NCBI GenBank assembly: GCA_038245405.1
Contig: JBBRSO010000006.1
Span: forward strand, 1-49,904
Direction: 5' to 3'
DNA length: 49,904 bases
DNA from: Bacteroidales bacterium
GTDB taxonomy: Bacteria > Bacteroidota > Bacteroidia > Bacteroidales > VadinHA17
Each line of letters begins with the position of its first letter. Position 1 is the first letter of the stretch. This document shows positions 29,135 through 38,710 of the stretch, piece after piece. The notes beneath the pieces are model-generated. The model worked only from the letters and a program-made list of their open reading frames with translations, was not told the DNA's origin and searched no databases. The position numbers and the translations under genes are program-made.

Positions 29135-29809
29135 TTAGGGGTTTATCTCCTCAAGTATAAAACCTGTACCTCTAACGGTGCGTATGTCAAGATTTTTATC
29201 TTCTGAAACATATTTTCTTAGCCGGCTGATGAATACATCCATGCTTCTGCCAAGAAAATAGTCATCCTCACCCCATATTTCAGTCAATATATCCTCGCGG
29301 GCAAGTATTTTATTCTTATTCATTATGAAGTACTTCAATAACTGAGCTTCTTTCAGGGTGAGCTTTTCTTTTGTGTTCCCGCAAATAAGCTCCAGTGTGT
29401 TGAATTTCAAAACAGTATGAGACAGCTTATATTCATCATTTGCTGATGAATATGCCCTCTTAAGTATGTTGTTGATTCTCAGAATGAGTACCTCCGGATC
29501 GAATGGTTTTGTAATATAGTCGTCGGCTCCGATTTTCAGACCGCGTACAATATCTTCCTTAAGGCTTTTAGCAGTAAGAAAGATTACCGGAATTTCGGGG
29601 TGCATTTCCTTCACCTTCTCAGCAAGTGTGAAGCCGTCCATCTCAGGCATCATTACATCGAAGACGCAAATATCAGGTTTCTCCTGGTTAAACAGTTCCC
29701 AGGCCTCTTTACCATCACGGCCAAGCTTGACATCAAAACCGCTTATCGAGATATATTGAGTTAATATATTTCCAAAATCCCTGTCATCTTCTGCGACTAA
29801 TACTTTCAT
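29135..29809 (-). CDS. OmpR-family response regulator (RprY-like)
   Basis: VAEDD, FDVMMPEMDG, FLTAK, GADDYITKPF, IWGEDDYFLGRSMDVFISRLRK. Confidence 0.94.
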   Translation of the reverse strand: MKVLVAEDDRDFGNILTQYISISGFDVKLGRDGKEAWELFNQEKPDICVFDVMMPEMDGFTLAEKVKEMHPEIPVIFLTAKSLKEDIVRGLKIGADDYITKPFDPEVLILRINNILKRAYSSANDEYKLSHTVLKFNTLELICGNTKEKLTLKEAQLLKYFIMNKNKILAREDILTEIWGEDDYFLGRSMDVFISRLRKYVSEDKNLDIRTVRGTGFILEEINP

Positions 29810-29893
29810 ATTCCGACATGTTAATAATAGTAAAGATACAAACTTTTCCCTGTATACTGAAAACAGTAACTAAAGATAATCAACCAAGCTATT

Positions 29894-31636
29894 TTACTGT
29901 GCTTTAATTAAATCTGACAATTTTGATATCCCGTTTTCATTTATCGACTCTATACAAAAATAATACGGGATTTCTTTGTCCATTGCCTTGAACCAATATT
30001 CATTGGCCCCATACACCATAATACAATTATATAGTTTGTCAGGTGCAGTGCCGATATAGATATTATATGCATAAGCATTATCCACCGGTGTCCATTTTAT
30101 CCAGGCACTTCTCTTGTCTTTTTCTGTTCTCAGCACGATAAAATTCCTCACCGGATCGGGCTTTGATATATGTGAGTTACCAAAGATCCGCAAACCGCTT
30201 ATAGCAAATTTGCCCGAAGGCATGTGTATGTTTTCCATTTTTATAAATCTTGCTTCAACAGGTTTTGCAAGTTCGATATAATCGTGTGGCACATCAGTTG
30301 TGTTTTTACTCTTATCCGTAAATACTGTCCATTTTTTACCATCCCTGGAATAATATAGCTTATACTGATGATAAATGTCGGTTTGTTTGCCAAGGAACGT
30401 GGCATCCTGATCAGCGTAGTTAATCTGAATGGCCTTTACAGTTGATATTTCACCAAGATCTGTCGAAATCCATTCTCCTGCATTTCCTGTAGATGCTGAC
30501 CAGTAAGTCTTAATACTCTCGTCGACAGCATTATTAGGAGGATAACCCTTCAGGGATGATGAAACCTGTACAGGTTTGTTGTAATTAAGAAGCATCCAGC
30601 CTGTGAATCTGCTTTCAAGATGGTTTTCTTTCCCATCGGGAAGGTAGGTAGGATAGTCTCCGAAAGCAGTATTGCAGTACATAACATCATCTTTGTCGAA
30701 ACCTGCAGGCCATAATCCTAATCTTCTTTCGAAACTGTTTTTCACTGAGATAGATATGGTACTGATGTGCCAGAAATTTTCCCACTTATCCAAAAAAGTT
30801 GCTCCATGTCCTGCTCCTCTGGCAAAACCACCCGGCTTATATGAAAGTGGCATTGATTGATGTACAAAATTGCCCAGGGGATTATCCGACACTGCAACAC
30901 CATCGGCATACCCACTGATCTCTGTTCCCGGAGCGCCATACTGAAGGTAGTATTTGCCGTTGTGTTTTGTCATCCAGGCTCCCTCGATAAACGGATTCAG
31001 AAAGGTATTGTCGGAATACTCTCCGAAACGCTGCCACCCATAGCGATCGTCATTTAACAGTAATAATTCTTTTCTAGCAGTTAAGGGCATGAAGGATTTT
31101 CGGTTAACTTCCACTCCATACAGCGGATAGGCATTACTGCTTCCATTATACATGTATAGTTTTCCGTCATCATCAAGGAAGAAATCCGGATCCCAGCCCC
31201 CGATTGTAAAGTTATTTACAGCCTCTTTCCATTCATTGGCTTTGGGATTTGTACTCATCCATATTGGAAAGTTATTTGAATAAGTTGATCCGAAAACGAG
31301 CATGGTATCACCCTGAACCCAAACTGCCGGAGCGCAGAGATCGTCATAAACCTTGTGATATGATTTAAGAAATGATTTTGACACGAAGTTCCATTTATTT
31401 AAATCTGGGCTCCACCAGTATCCCCATTGATTTGTAGAGAATAGATAATAATCTCCTTTATACATTACAATAACCGGATCGGCAGTTGCCCTGTGTTTTC
31501 CCGACTCTGTAAAGTTAGGAATAGAGGTGTAACCATAGTCAAGATTCAGCGGGTTGCAATAAGTTTTCTGGGCTTGCAACACGTTGGTGGAAAGCTCAAA
31601 GACTATAATCAGTAATGTTAAACGTGTTCTGCTCAT
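29894..31636 (-). CDS. GH43 glycoside hydrolase with F5/8 (CBM32-like) and FN3-like domains
   Basis: Signal peptide; ATADP, WDPDFFLDDDG and FIEGAWM catalytic acidic motifs; NAVDESIKTYW..WISTDLG discoidin domain. Confidence 0.87.
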   Translation of the reverse strand: MSRTRLTLLIIVFELSTNVLQAQKTYCNPLNLDYGYTSIPNFTESGKHRATADPVIVMYKGDYYLFSTNQWGYWWSPDLNKWNFVSKSFLKSYHKVYDDLCAPAVWVQGDTMLVFGSTYSNNFPIWMSTNPKANEWKEAVNNFTIGGWDPDFFLDDDGKLYMYNGSSNAYPLYGVEVNRKSFMPLTARKELLLLNDDRYGWQRFGEYSDNTFLNPFIEGAWMTKHNGKYYLQYGAPGTEISGYADGVAVSDNPLGNFVHQSMPLSYKPGGFARGAGHGATFLDKWENFWHISTISISVKNSFERRLGLWPAGFDKDDVMYCNTAFGDYPTYLPDGKENHLESRFTGWMLLNYNKPVQVSSSLKGYPPNNAVDESIKTYWSASTGNAGEWISTDLGEISTVKAIQINYADQDATFLGKQTDIYHQYKLYYSRDGKKWTVFTDKSKNTTDVPHDYIELAKPVEARFIKMENIHMPSGKFAISGLRIFGNSHISKPDPVRNFIVLRTEKDKRSAWIKWTPVDNAYAYNIYIGTAPDKLYNCIMVYGANEYWFKAMDKEIPYYFCIESINENGISKLSDLIKAQ

Positions 31637-31658
31637 ATCTGTACTAAGTTCTTAAGTG

Positions 31659-33047
31659 TTATGTGTTTATTGGTATGATTAATGTAAACGTACTTCCTTT
31701 TCCGGGTCTACTGGTCACGGTAACATCCCCTCCATGCGCTTCTGCAATTTTCTTAACGTAGTACAATCCTAATCCGAGGCCTTTGAATTTGTGAATATTG
31801 CCAGTTGAAGCCCTGTAAAATTTATCAAAAATATGCTTCTGGTCAATCTTGTTAATTCCTATCCCATTATCCGACACTTTAATATACACATTGTTTTCCT
31901 GTGTGAATCCTTCCACATCTATCTCAGGTTTCTTGTCGGAGTATTTTACAGCATTTGAAAGAAGATTATTCATCAGAGTGGTAAAATAAACAACATCGAG
32001 ATCGATTTCGGCTCCGTCGAAATTGTATTTTTTTCTTATTGCAGCATTGTTTCCTCCACCTGCTTTGAAGCTGTCAACAACATCATTCATGATATCTTCA
32101 ATCTTTACATTTTTCTTGTCAAGCTCGAATTGTGTTCTTTCCCACATGCTGATCTCGAGAATCATATTTATAAGCTGATTCAGGTGAACACTTTGTTTCC
32201 CAATGAGCTTGGCAGTTTCAAGAATCTTGGCATCATCATTCCTTATCTGTGGCATTTCAAGCGTTTTTCCTGCAACAGTAATCGTTGATAATGGAGTTTT
32301 CAACTCATGGGTCATGTTATTAATAAAATCGGTTTTAAGATTGGAAAGACGTCTTTCCTCCATCAGGTTCTTATAAGTAATCAAAAAGATTATGACTACT
32401 ATGAGTATGCTCAGGATTGCCATTGCAAGAGAGAGTGCGGTTTCTTCCCACACCCGTAACTGCTTGTCTGAAAAATCGATATAATATTCAAATCCAAATC
32501 TGAAATTATTACCTTCCATACGAGGTTCGCGGATTAATATTTCCGAACCTTCACCGGTATAGTTGAAAGGCTTCCTTCTGTAATCTGTGGCAAATCCATC
32601 CTTTTTATAAATAGGGATAGTATCATTGTCAAGGATATCGATATAATCAACAACAATCTTAAACTTAAAATTTTTATCGTAATGCCGCGATTCGAAATAT
32701 TTTGAAAGAAGCCCGGAGAGATCCTCTTCCTGGTTTGCTGCTTTTGTAAAATAGTCGAGAATATCTTTTTTTGCAACAGCCAGTTCTTTTTCACCTTTTG
32801 CTGCATTTAATTCATCAATTGCCTGTTTTGATGAATAATGTCCCAGCACATAATCCAGTGTATCGAAGCCGCTGGTTCTCATTTCTCTGTAAATGTAACT
32901 AATACCCTCCTGTGAACGAACTGCATATCTGATTGCAAACAACTCATTTTTCTGGAGCCACACACCTCTGATAATAAAAATCTGGACTGATATCAGAATT
33001 ATAATCGATGAAACGCCAAAAATAAGAACCGTGTTTCTCTTTTTCAT
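31659..33047 (-). CDS. Two-component sensor histidine kinase (RprX-like)
   Basis: Two TM segments; DFINNMTHELKTPLSTI H-box, NLLSNAVKY, DNGIGI, IFDKFYR, GLGLGL. -7 element at 33067-33074 (-). Confidence 0.94.
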   Translation of the reverse strand: MKKRNTVLIFGVSSIIILISVQIFIIRGVWLQKNELFAIRYAVRSQEGISYIYREMRTSGFDTLDYVLGHYSSKQAIDELNAAKGEKELAVAKKDILDYFTKAANQEEDLSGLLSKYFESRHYDKNFKFKIVVDYIDILDNDTIPIYKKDGFATDYRRKPFNYTGEGSEILIREPRMEGNNFRFGFEYYIDFSDKQLRVWEETALSLAMAILSILIVVIIFLITYKNLMEERRLSNLKTDFINNMTHELKTPLSTITVAGKTLEMPQIRNDDAKILETAKLIGKQSVHLNQLINMILEISMWERTQFELDKKNVKIEDIMNDVVDSFKAGGGNNAAIRKKYNFDGAEIDLDVVYFTTLMNNLLSNAVKYSDKKPEIDVEGFTQENNVYIKVSDNGIGINKIDQKHIFDKFYRASTGNIHKFKGLGLGLYYVKKIAEAHGGDVTVTSRPGKGSTFTLIIPINT

Positions 33048-33108
33048 TATTTTGTGTATTACACCCCAAAATTATTCAATTTCTGCATATCTGAATTTGC
33101 TTTTCATA

Positions 33109-33140
33109 ACATTAACCCGACATTAACCCTGTGTTAACAA
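33109..33140 (+). promoter_or_regulatory. Three TTAAC direct repeats at 11-bp period (candidate OmpR-family operator)
   Basis: ACATTAACCCG ACATTAACCCT GTGTTAACAA; TTAAC starts at 33112, 33123 and 33134 in the divergent promoter region. Confidence 0.6.
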
Positions 33141-33195
33141 AGGGTATGCGGCAGTCATCATATCTTTACAATGGCAAACTAAAAACGAGGCAGTC

Positions 33196-33891
33196 ATGAA
33201 AAGGTACAGTTTATTTTTAATAGTTATTTTATTTATCTCAGCAGTTTCTTACCAGCGGGTCAGCGCTCAGGATAAGGTAATGACAGATAAAGATAAGGAA
33301 ATTAAGATGCAGCAATCCATTGAGCAGCAGAAAAAAGCAATGACCGAACAGAAAAAAGTCCAGATTGATGCTGAGCAAAACATGAATCAGGATGCTGAAT
33401 TAGACATAGAATTAAAGAAGTCACAGGAAGCTTACGAAAATGCAAACAGGGACCGGACAAAAGGTTTCATGAATTCTCCGAGAGGTAACAGACCCTTTAA
33501 TTCTAATGAATCATTTATGTTGCCTGGCTCAGACTGGGACGGATTCTCAGGACACATGGGTGATGGGGAAAGAACAAACTGGGATTTTTCGAAAATAATT
33601 AAAGACAACACAATCTCAGAGGGTTACAGCTTTAATGTACAAAAAACAGCAAAAACAGTGGTTATGTCGGTAATGGGCGACTGTAAATCGGGTGATATCC
33701 GCATAAAGATCATCATGCCAAACGGTAAAAACTATTCTGAAATACTTATTGATGAATCGGGAAATCTGAACTGGCGCAAGTCGTTTTCAATTACTGAAAC
33801 AGAGAACCAGGATAAGACGGGTGACTGGAAATTCATGATATCTTCTAACAAGGCAACAGGTTACTTTAAGATTTCATTGCAGGCTTTCTAG
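33196..33891 (+). CDS. Hypothetical secreted protein (coiled-coil N-half, beta-rich C-terminal domain)
   Basis: Signal peptide ending VSA-Q, Q/E/K-rich helix, C-terminal alternating beta pattern. Confidence 0.72.
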   Translation: MKRYSLFLIVILFISAVSYQRVSAQDKVMTDKDKEIKMQQSIEQQKKAMTEQKKVQIDAEQNMNQDAELDIELKKSQEAYENANRDRTKGFMNSPRGNRPFNSNESFMLPGSDWDGFSGHMGDGERTNWDFSKIIKDNTISEGYSFNVQKTAKTVVMSVMGDCKSGDIRIKIIMPNGKNYSEILIDESGNLNWRKSFSITETENQDKTGDWKFMISSNKATGYFKISLQAF

Positions 33892-33959
33892 TTGGGCACA
33901 GTGCGCAGAGCAGCTACTTTGTATAACTCTGGTAAGTTCTTTCATTTTTTACTGAATGG

Positions 33960-34433
33960 TCATGGGTTTTTATCAGAAGAGATGTTCTTGTAGCTATTGT
34001 AAAATGGATCCCAGTTTACATTCTGGTAAAACTGTGAAGTTTTTATATTGAAGTATCCAAGGACATGCTTTGGTGATATCGTAAATACCAGTTCATCATT
34101 TTCACCGTAACCGGGTTCAGTGATTGTAAAAATTTCTTCAATTTCAATCCCTTTTTTGTTCGACATGGCGGTATAAAAATCAAAAGTAATCTTTGGTATT
34201 GAAATGATTATTGTGTAAGATCCGTAGTCCTTCCTCTGCAGCAGGAAGTATGAGACTTCAATTGATTCGGCAGGATTGACCCTGTCAGTAGAATATGATA
34301 ACTGATTTTCGAAACTAAACCCCTTATTCAGAATACTTTCAACAACATCAAAATCTTTCGTATTATGAAGAAAGAAACAACAATCACTAAAATTTTTTAG
34401 TATTGTGGCAAGTAGCTCTCCTTTGTTCTTCAT
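33960..34433 (-). CDS. Hypothetical protein
   Basis: The ORF fills the gap between neighbouring genes. ATG at 34433 (track uses TTG 34454). No recognised motif. Confidence 0.6.
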   Translation of the reverse strand: MKNKGELLATILKNFSDCCFFLHNTKDFDVVESILNKGFSFENQLSYSTDRVNPAESIEVSYFLLQRKDYGSYTIIISIPKITFDFYTAMSNKKGIEIEEIFTITEPGYGENDELVFTISPKHVLGYFNIKTSQFYQNVNWDPFYNSYKNISSDKNP

Positions 34434-34541
34434 CCTGAAGGTTAAGAATTTCAAAAATAACTTATATTATTTTATTTGCAACACTTAAACCATTTGTTCT
34501 GTTATATGTTAAATTTGTGCCATTGATCACTTTTCGTTATA

Positions 34542-35414
34542 ATGAGAAAAATATTCTTTTTTCTGTTTATCGTTTTATTAATTTCCTGTGGAAGAAATGG
34601 TGTTGAGCCGGGTAAGAAAATAATTACTGTAAGTATCGCTCCATTCAAATATTTTGTCGATAAAATATCAGGTGATGAATTTTTGGTAAACATAATGGTT
34701 CCTGCCGGCGCCGATCCTCATACCTATGAGCCATTTCCTGAGCAGATTAATAAGCTCGTAAAATCGGTGGGATATATCAGTAACGGTTACCTGGGGTTTG
34801 AGATGAACTGGCTCGATCGTTTCTATGAAGCAAACCGAACTATGAAAAGGTTATCGCTTGGAGATAAAATTGATCCTCTTTTCTCAACAGATCACCATGA
34901 AGGCGATCATGTTGAAGGTGCTGATCCCCATTATTGGGTTTCTCCGAAATGTGCAATGACAATTGCAGTATCAGTTAAAGATTTCCTTTCAGAACTTAAT
35001 CCCTCCGGAAAGGAGAAATACCAGGCAAATTATTTATTGCTCAACTCAGATATTCAAAAACTTGATATTGAAGGGGATGAGCTATTTAAAAATCTGACAC
35101 TGAAATGTTTTATGATTTACCATCCGAACCTTGGATATCTCGCCAGAGATTACGGGTTAGAAGAGATCTCAGTGGAATATAATGGCAAAGAGCCATCACC
35201 TTCACGTCTTCGAGATTTAATCGATCGTGCCAGAAAAGACCATCTGAGTACAATTTTTGTTCAAAGAGAATATGACACAAAAAATGCCAAAGCAATTGCA
35301 GATGAGATTGGGGCTGTGATCGTAATAATTGATCCATTGTCGGAGGATTGGCAGAAGTCAACCAGCAATATACTGGAAGAATTGCATAAAAGTTTAACAT
35401 CCCGTTCTAAATAG
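34542..35414 (+). CDS. znuA: Zn/Mn ABC transporter substrate-binding lipoprotein
   Basis: Lipobox ISC; GADPHTYEP, His-rich DHHEGDH loop, DPHYWVSP, HPNLGYLARDYGL. -7 element TAAATTTG at 34510-34517. Confidence 0.88.
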   Translation: MRKIFFFLFIVLLISCGRNGVEPGKKIITVSIAPFKYFVDKISGDEFLVNIMVPAGADPHTYEPFPEQINKLVKSVGYISNGYLGFEMNWLDRFYEANRTMKRLSLGDKIDPLFSTDHHEGDHVEGADPHYWVSPKCAMTIAVSVKDFLSELNPSGKEKYQANYLLLNSDIQKLDIEGDELFKNLTLKCFMIYHPNLGYLARDYGLEEISVEYNGKEPSPSRLRDLIDRARKDHLSTIFVQREYDTKNAKAIADEIGAVIVIIDPLSEDWQKSTSNILEELHKSLTSRSK

Positions 35415-35419
35415 GTTAT

Positions 35420-36166
35420 ATGGCATATCTTTTCGAAATACATTCTCTGTCAGCTTCATATGGGACTAATGTGGTGCTGCAGGATATTAATTTTAAAGTT
35501 AATGAACAGGATTTTATCGGCGTAATAGGCCCGAATGGCGGAGGGAAAACTACTTTGCTGAGGGTTATTCTCGGAATGGTTAAGCCTATAAAGGGCAGTA
35601 TAAAATTCAATGAAGGTCTTTTGAATGAAAAGAGTATAGGATATCTGCCACAAATTTCAACCGGAGATGTTAATTATCCTGTTTCGGTTACCGACATCAT
35701 TCTTTCAGGACTGATGATCAGAAAAGGGATAGTCTCCAGAATGACCTCATCGGACAGGAAGAAAGCTGATATAGTAATTGAAGAGCTCGGACTGGGAGGA
35801 ATGTCAAAATCAATGCTTAATGAATTATCCGGTGGCCAGATTCAGCGAGTGTTTCTTGCAAGGGCTATAATAGGTGATCCGAGATTATTGCTTCTCGATG
35901 AGCCCGGGAATTTTGTCGATTCTACTTTCGAAAACGATTTTTACGAAAAGTTAAGAAACCTGAACAAAAGAATGGCGATCCTGATGGTTTCTCACGATGT
36001 AGGCACAATTTCTGCTCATATCAAATCATTTGCGTGCGTAAACAGAGGATTGCATTATCATGCCTCATCTGAAATAACAAACGAGGATTTGCTTTCATAT
36101 GGATGTCCGATACAGCTCATAACTCATGGTGTACTTCCCCATACAGTACTTAAATATCATAAATAG
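35420..36166 (+). CDS. znuC: Zn/Mn ABC transporter ATP-binding protein
   Basis: GPNGGGKTT, LSGGQIQR, LLLLDEP, VSHD. Confidence 0.88.
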   Translation: MAYLFEIHSLSASYGTNVVLQDINFKVNEQDFIGVIGPNGGGKTTLLRVILGMVKPIKGSIKFNEGLLNEKSIGYLPQISTGDVNYPVSVTDIILSGLMIRKGIVSRMTSSDRKKADIVIEELGLGGMSKSMLNELSGGQIQRVFLARAIIGDPRLLLLDEPGNFVDSTFENDFYEKLRNLNKRMAILMVSHDVGTISAHIKSFACVNRGLHYHASSEITNEDLLSYGCPIQLITHGVLPHTVLKYHK

Positions 36167-37014
36167 TGGAAACCAGTATTTTTCAATACGATTTTATTTT
36201 AAAGGGTCTCCTCGGAGCAATATTTGCAAGCATAACAGCAGGTCTGGCAGGAACGTACGTTGTGTCTAAGCGCATGGTATTTTTAAGCGGAGGAATTACG
36301 CATGCATCATTTGGCGGGATTGGAATAGGTTATTTCCTGGGTATAAATCCTGTTATCGGCGCCGCGGTTTTCGGTATCCTTTCGGCTCTCGGAGTGGAAT
36401 ATCTCTCTGTAAAACAAAGAATACGGGAAGATTCAGCGATTGGGATCCTATGGGCCTTTGGAATGGCAATAGGAATAATCTTTATTTATCTTACTCCCGG
36501 ATATACACCGAATCTGATGAGCTACCTTTTCGGAAGTATCCTCACTGTTTCAGAGGCCGATATTATTGCTCTGGGGGCAATGTCGGTAATCCTGATATTA
36601 TATTTCGGCATATTCTACCGTACAATCTTATATATCTCATTTGATGAGGTGTTTGCAAGGACATATTCATCATATGTTGATGTATTTAAATATATTACAA
36701 CATCGCTGATAGCTCTTACAATAGTATTGAATATAAGAATGGCAGGTGTGATACTGGTTATCTCTCTGCTGACCATTCCACCTAATATTGCGATGTTATT
36801 TACACGTGTCTATTTTAAAATTGTACTTTGGTCGGTAATTGCCGGATTTGCAGGTACAGCAACAGGCTATATTATTTCATATTATGCTGGTATCCCGGTT
36901 GGTGCAACGATAATTTTTACACTTGTGATTATCTGGGTGGCAGTTAAGCTGGGGACCTTATTATTTTCTAAATTATTAAAGAAATATACCCCCAACCCCC
37001 TAAAGGGGGCTTAA
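36166..37014 (+). CDS. znuB: Zn/Mn ABC transporter permease
   Basis: GITHASFGG, REDSAIGILW, SYLFGSIL; GTG start overlaps the znuC stop. The last residues (TPNPLKGA) are encoded by a repeat. Confidence 0.88.
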   Translation: METSIFQYDFILKGLLGAIFASITAGLAGTYVVSKRMVFLSGGITHASFGGIGIGYFLGINPVIGAAVFGILSALGVEYLSVKQRIREDSAIGILWAFGMAIGIIFIYLTPGYTPNLMSYLFGSILTVSEADIIALGAMSVILILYFGIFYRTILYISFDEVFARTYSSYVDVFKYITTSLIALTIVLNIRMAGVILVISLLTIPPNIAMLFTRVYFKIVLWSVIAGFAGTATGYIISYYAGIPVGATIIFTLVIIWVAVKLGTLLFSKLLKKYTPNPLKGA

Positions 37015-37073
37015 TCCCTGTTGAAGATTTGTTCAGGCCTGGGTGTCTGAACCCCCTTTAGGGGGCAGGGGGT
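36988..37073. repeat. Inverted doublet of REP-like C-tract/hairpin repeats (copy B)
   Basis: ACCCCCAACCCCCTAAAGGGGGC (36988-37010) and ACCCCCTTTAGGGGGCAGGGGGT (37051-37073), 40-nt spacer. Same two arms as copy A, in opposite orientation. Confidence 0.9.
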
Positions 37074-37160
37074 AAATCAGAAGGGATGAGATGAAGGCGG
37101 AAAGAATTTGGAAGAAAGTGAGTTTTGAGTTCAGAATGTTTTAATTTAAAATACAAGAAT

Positions 37161-38552
37161 ATGGATTACGATCTTATAGTAATTGGCAGCGGACCGGGTG
37201 GTTATGTTGCAGCAATAAGGGCTTCCCAACTGAAAATGAAAGTAGCAGTTGTTGAGAGAGCTGAGTTAGGAGGAATTTGTCTTAACTGGGGTTGTATACC
37301 CACAAAATCCCTTCTTAAGAGTGCCCAGGTCTTTGAGTATCTTACACATGCTTCTGACTATGGTATTACAATAGACGGGGAAGCAAAACCCGATTTTAAG
37401 TCAATCGTCGCCAGAAGCAGAACAGTAGCTAATGGCATGAGCAAGGGTGTGCAATTCCTGTTCAAAAAGAATAACATTGAACATATTAAAGGATATGGAA
37501 GGCTGTCAGAAAAGAATAGTGTTGAAGTAACTGATGCCGACGGTAATAAGAAAAAGATCACGGCTCATAATATACTGCTGGCTACCGGCGCCAGATCTAA
37601 AGAGCTTCCTAACCTTAAACAGGACGGGAAGAAGATTATTGGTTACCGTGAAGCAATGACTCTTGACAAACTTCCTGGATCAATGGTTGTTGTGGGCTCT
37701 GGAGCAATTGGCAGCGAATTTGCAAACTTTTACCAGACACTTGGAACAAAAGTAACACTGGTTGAGTTTTTGCCCAGAATCGTTCCCGTGGAAGATGAAG
37801 AAGTTTCAAAACAGCTTGAAAGATCGTTCAGGAAAATCAACATGAAAGTAATGACAAGCTCTACAGTTGAGTCGGTAGATATTACAGGCAAGGTGTGTAA
37901 GGTTACCATAAAGACACCTAAAGGACAGGAAGTTGTGGAGGCAGATATCGTTCTCTCAGCTGTCGGTATTTCCACAAATCTTGAAGATATTGGTCTTGAG
38001 AACGCAGGTGTAAAAACAGAAAAGGGGAAAGTGATAGTTGACGATTATTACAGTACATCTGTCCCGGGAATTTTTGCAATCGGAGATATCGTTCACGGAC
38101 CTTCACTGGCGCATGTTGCATCGGCTGAAGGAATAATATGTGTTGAAAAAATCGCAGGAATGGAAGTTGAACCGCTTGATTATAATAATATTCCAGGGTG
38201 CACATACACTTCCCCGGAAATCGCTTCATGCGGCTATACTGAAGCAGCAGCCAAGGAAGCCGGTTACGAAATAAAGGTTGGAAAATTTCCGTTTACAGCG
38301 TCGGGCAAAGCAAGTGCGGCAGGTGCAAAAGACGGGTTTGTAAAGCTCATTTTTGACGCTGCCTATGGAGAATTGCTTGGTGCACATATGATTGGCGCAA
38401 ATGTTACCGAGATGATTGCTGAAATTATCGTTGCCAGGAAGCTAGAAACAACAGCTCATGAAATAATTAAATCCCCTCATCCTCACCCAACTATGTCGGA
38501 GGCAATAATGGAAGCTGCTGCCGCTGCTTATGGTGAAGTTATACATTTATAA
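37161..38552 (+). CDS. lpdA: Dihydrolipoyl dehydrogenase
   Basis: GSGPGGYVAAIRA, GGICLNWGCIPTK, GSGAIGSE and HPHPTMSE motifs. ATG at 37161. Confidence 0.96.
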   Translation: MDYDLIVIGSGPGGYVAAIRASQLKMKVAVVERAELGGICLNWGCIPTKSLLKSAQVFEYLTHASDYGITIDGEAKPDFKSIVARSRTVANGMSKGVQFLFKKNNIEHIKGYGRLSEKNSVEVTDADGNKKKITAHNILLATGARSKELPNLKQDGKKIIGYREAMTLDKLPGSMVVVGSGAIGSEFANFYQTLGTKVTLVEFLPRIVPVEDEEVSKQLERSFRKINMKVMTSSTVESVDITGKVCKVTIKTPKGQEVVEADIVLSAVGISTNLEDIGLENAGVKTEKGKVIVDDYYSTSVPGIFAIGDIVHGPSLAHVASAEGIICVEKIAGMEVEPLDYNNIPGCTYTSPEIASCGYTEAAAKEAGYEIKVGKFPFTASGKASAAGAKDGFVKLIFDAAYGELLGAHMIGANVTEMIAEIIVARKLETTAHEIIKSPHPHPTMSEAIMEAAAAAYGEVIHL

Positions 38553-38608
38553 AACGGAGGTAAAAATCTCCGAAGTATGACTTTTAATATGCCTCTGTTG
38601 ATTCAGAC

Positions 38609-38634
38609 GCAACCTTTTGAATTTTATTTACATC
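38609..38634 (+). promoter_or_regulatory. Candidate ECF-sigma autoregulatory promoter
   Basis: GCAACC-N16-CATC upstream of the ECF gene resembles the ECF AAC...CGT/CAT layout (inference). Confidence 0.35.
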
Positions 38635-38710
38635 ATTCTTTTGCAGAATTATTGGCATTTGAGATAATTATTTTTTATTTTTATGTTCTCAAAAAGACAA
38701 ATACACATTC

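Noticed and set aside
33894-33914. GGGCACA GTGCGCA GAGCAGC possible heptamer remnant
   Set aside because: Three poorly matching units and no opposed array.
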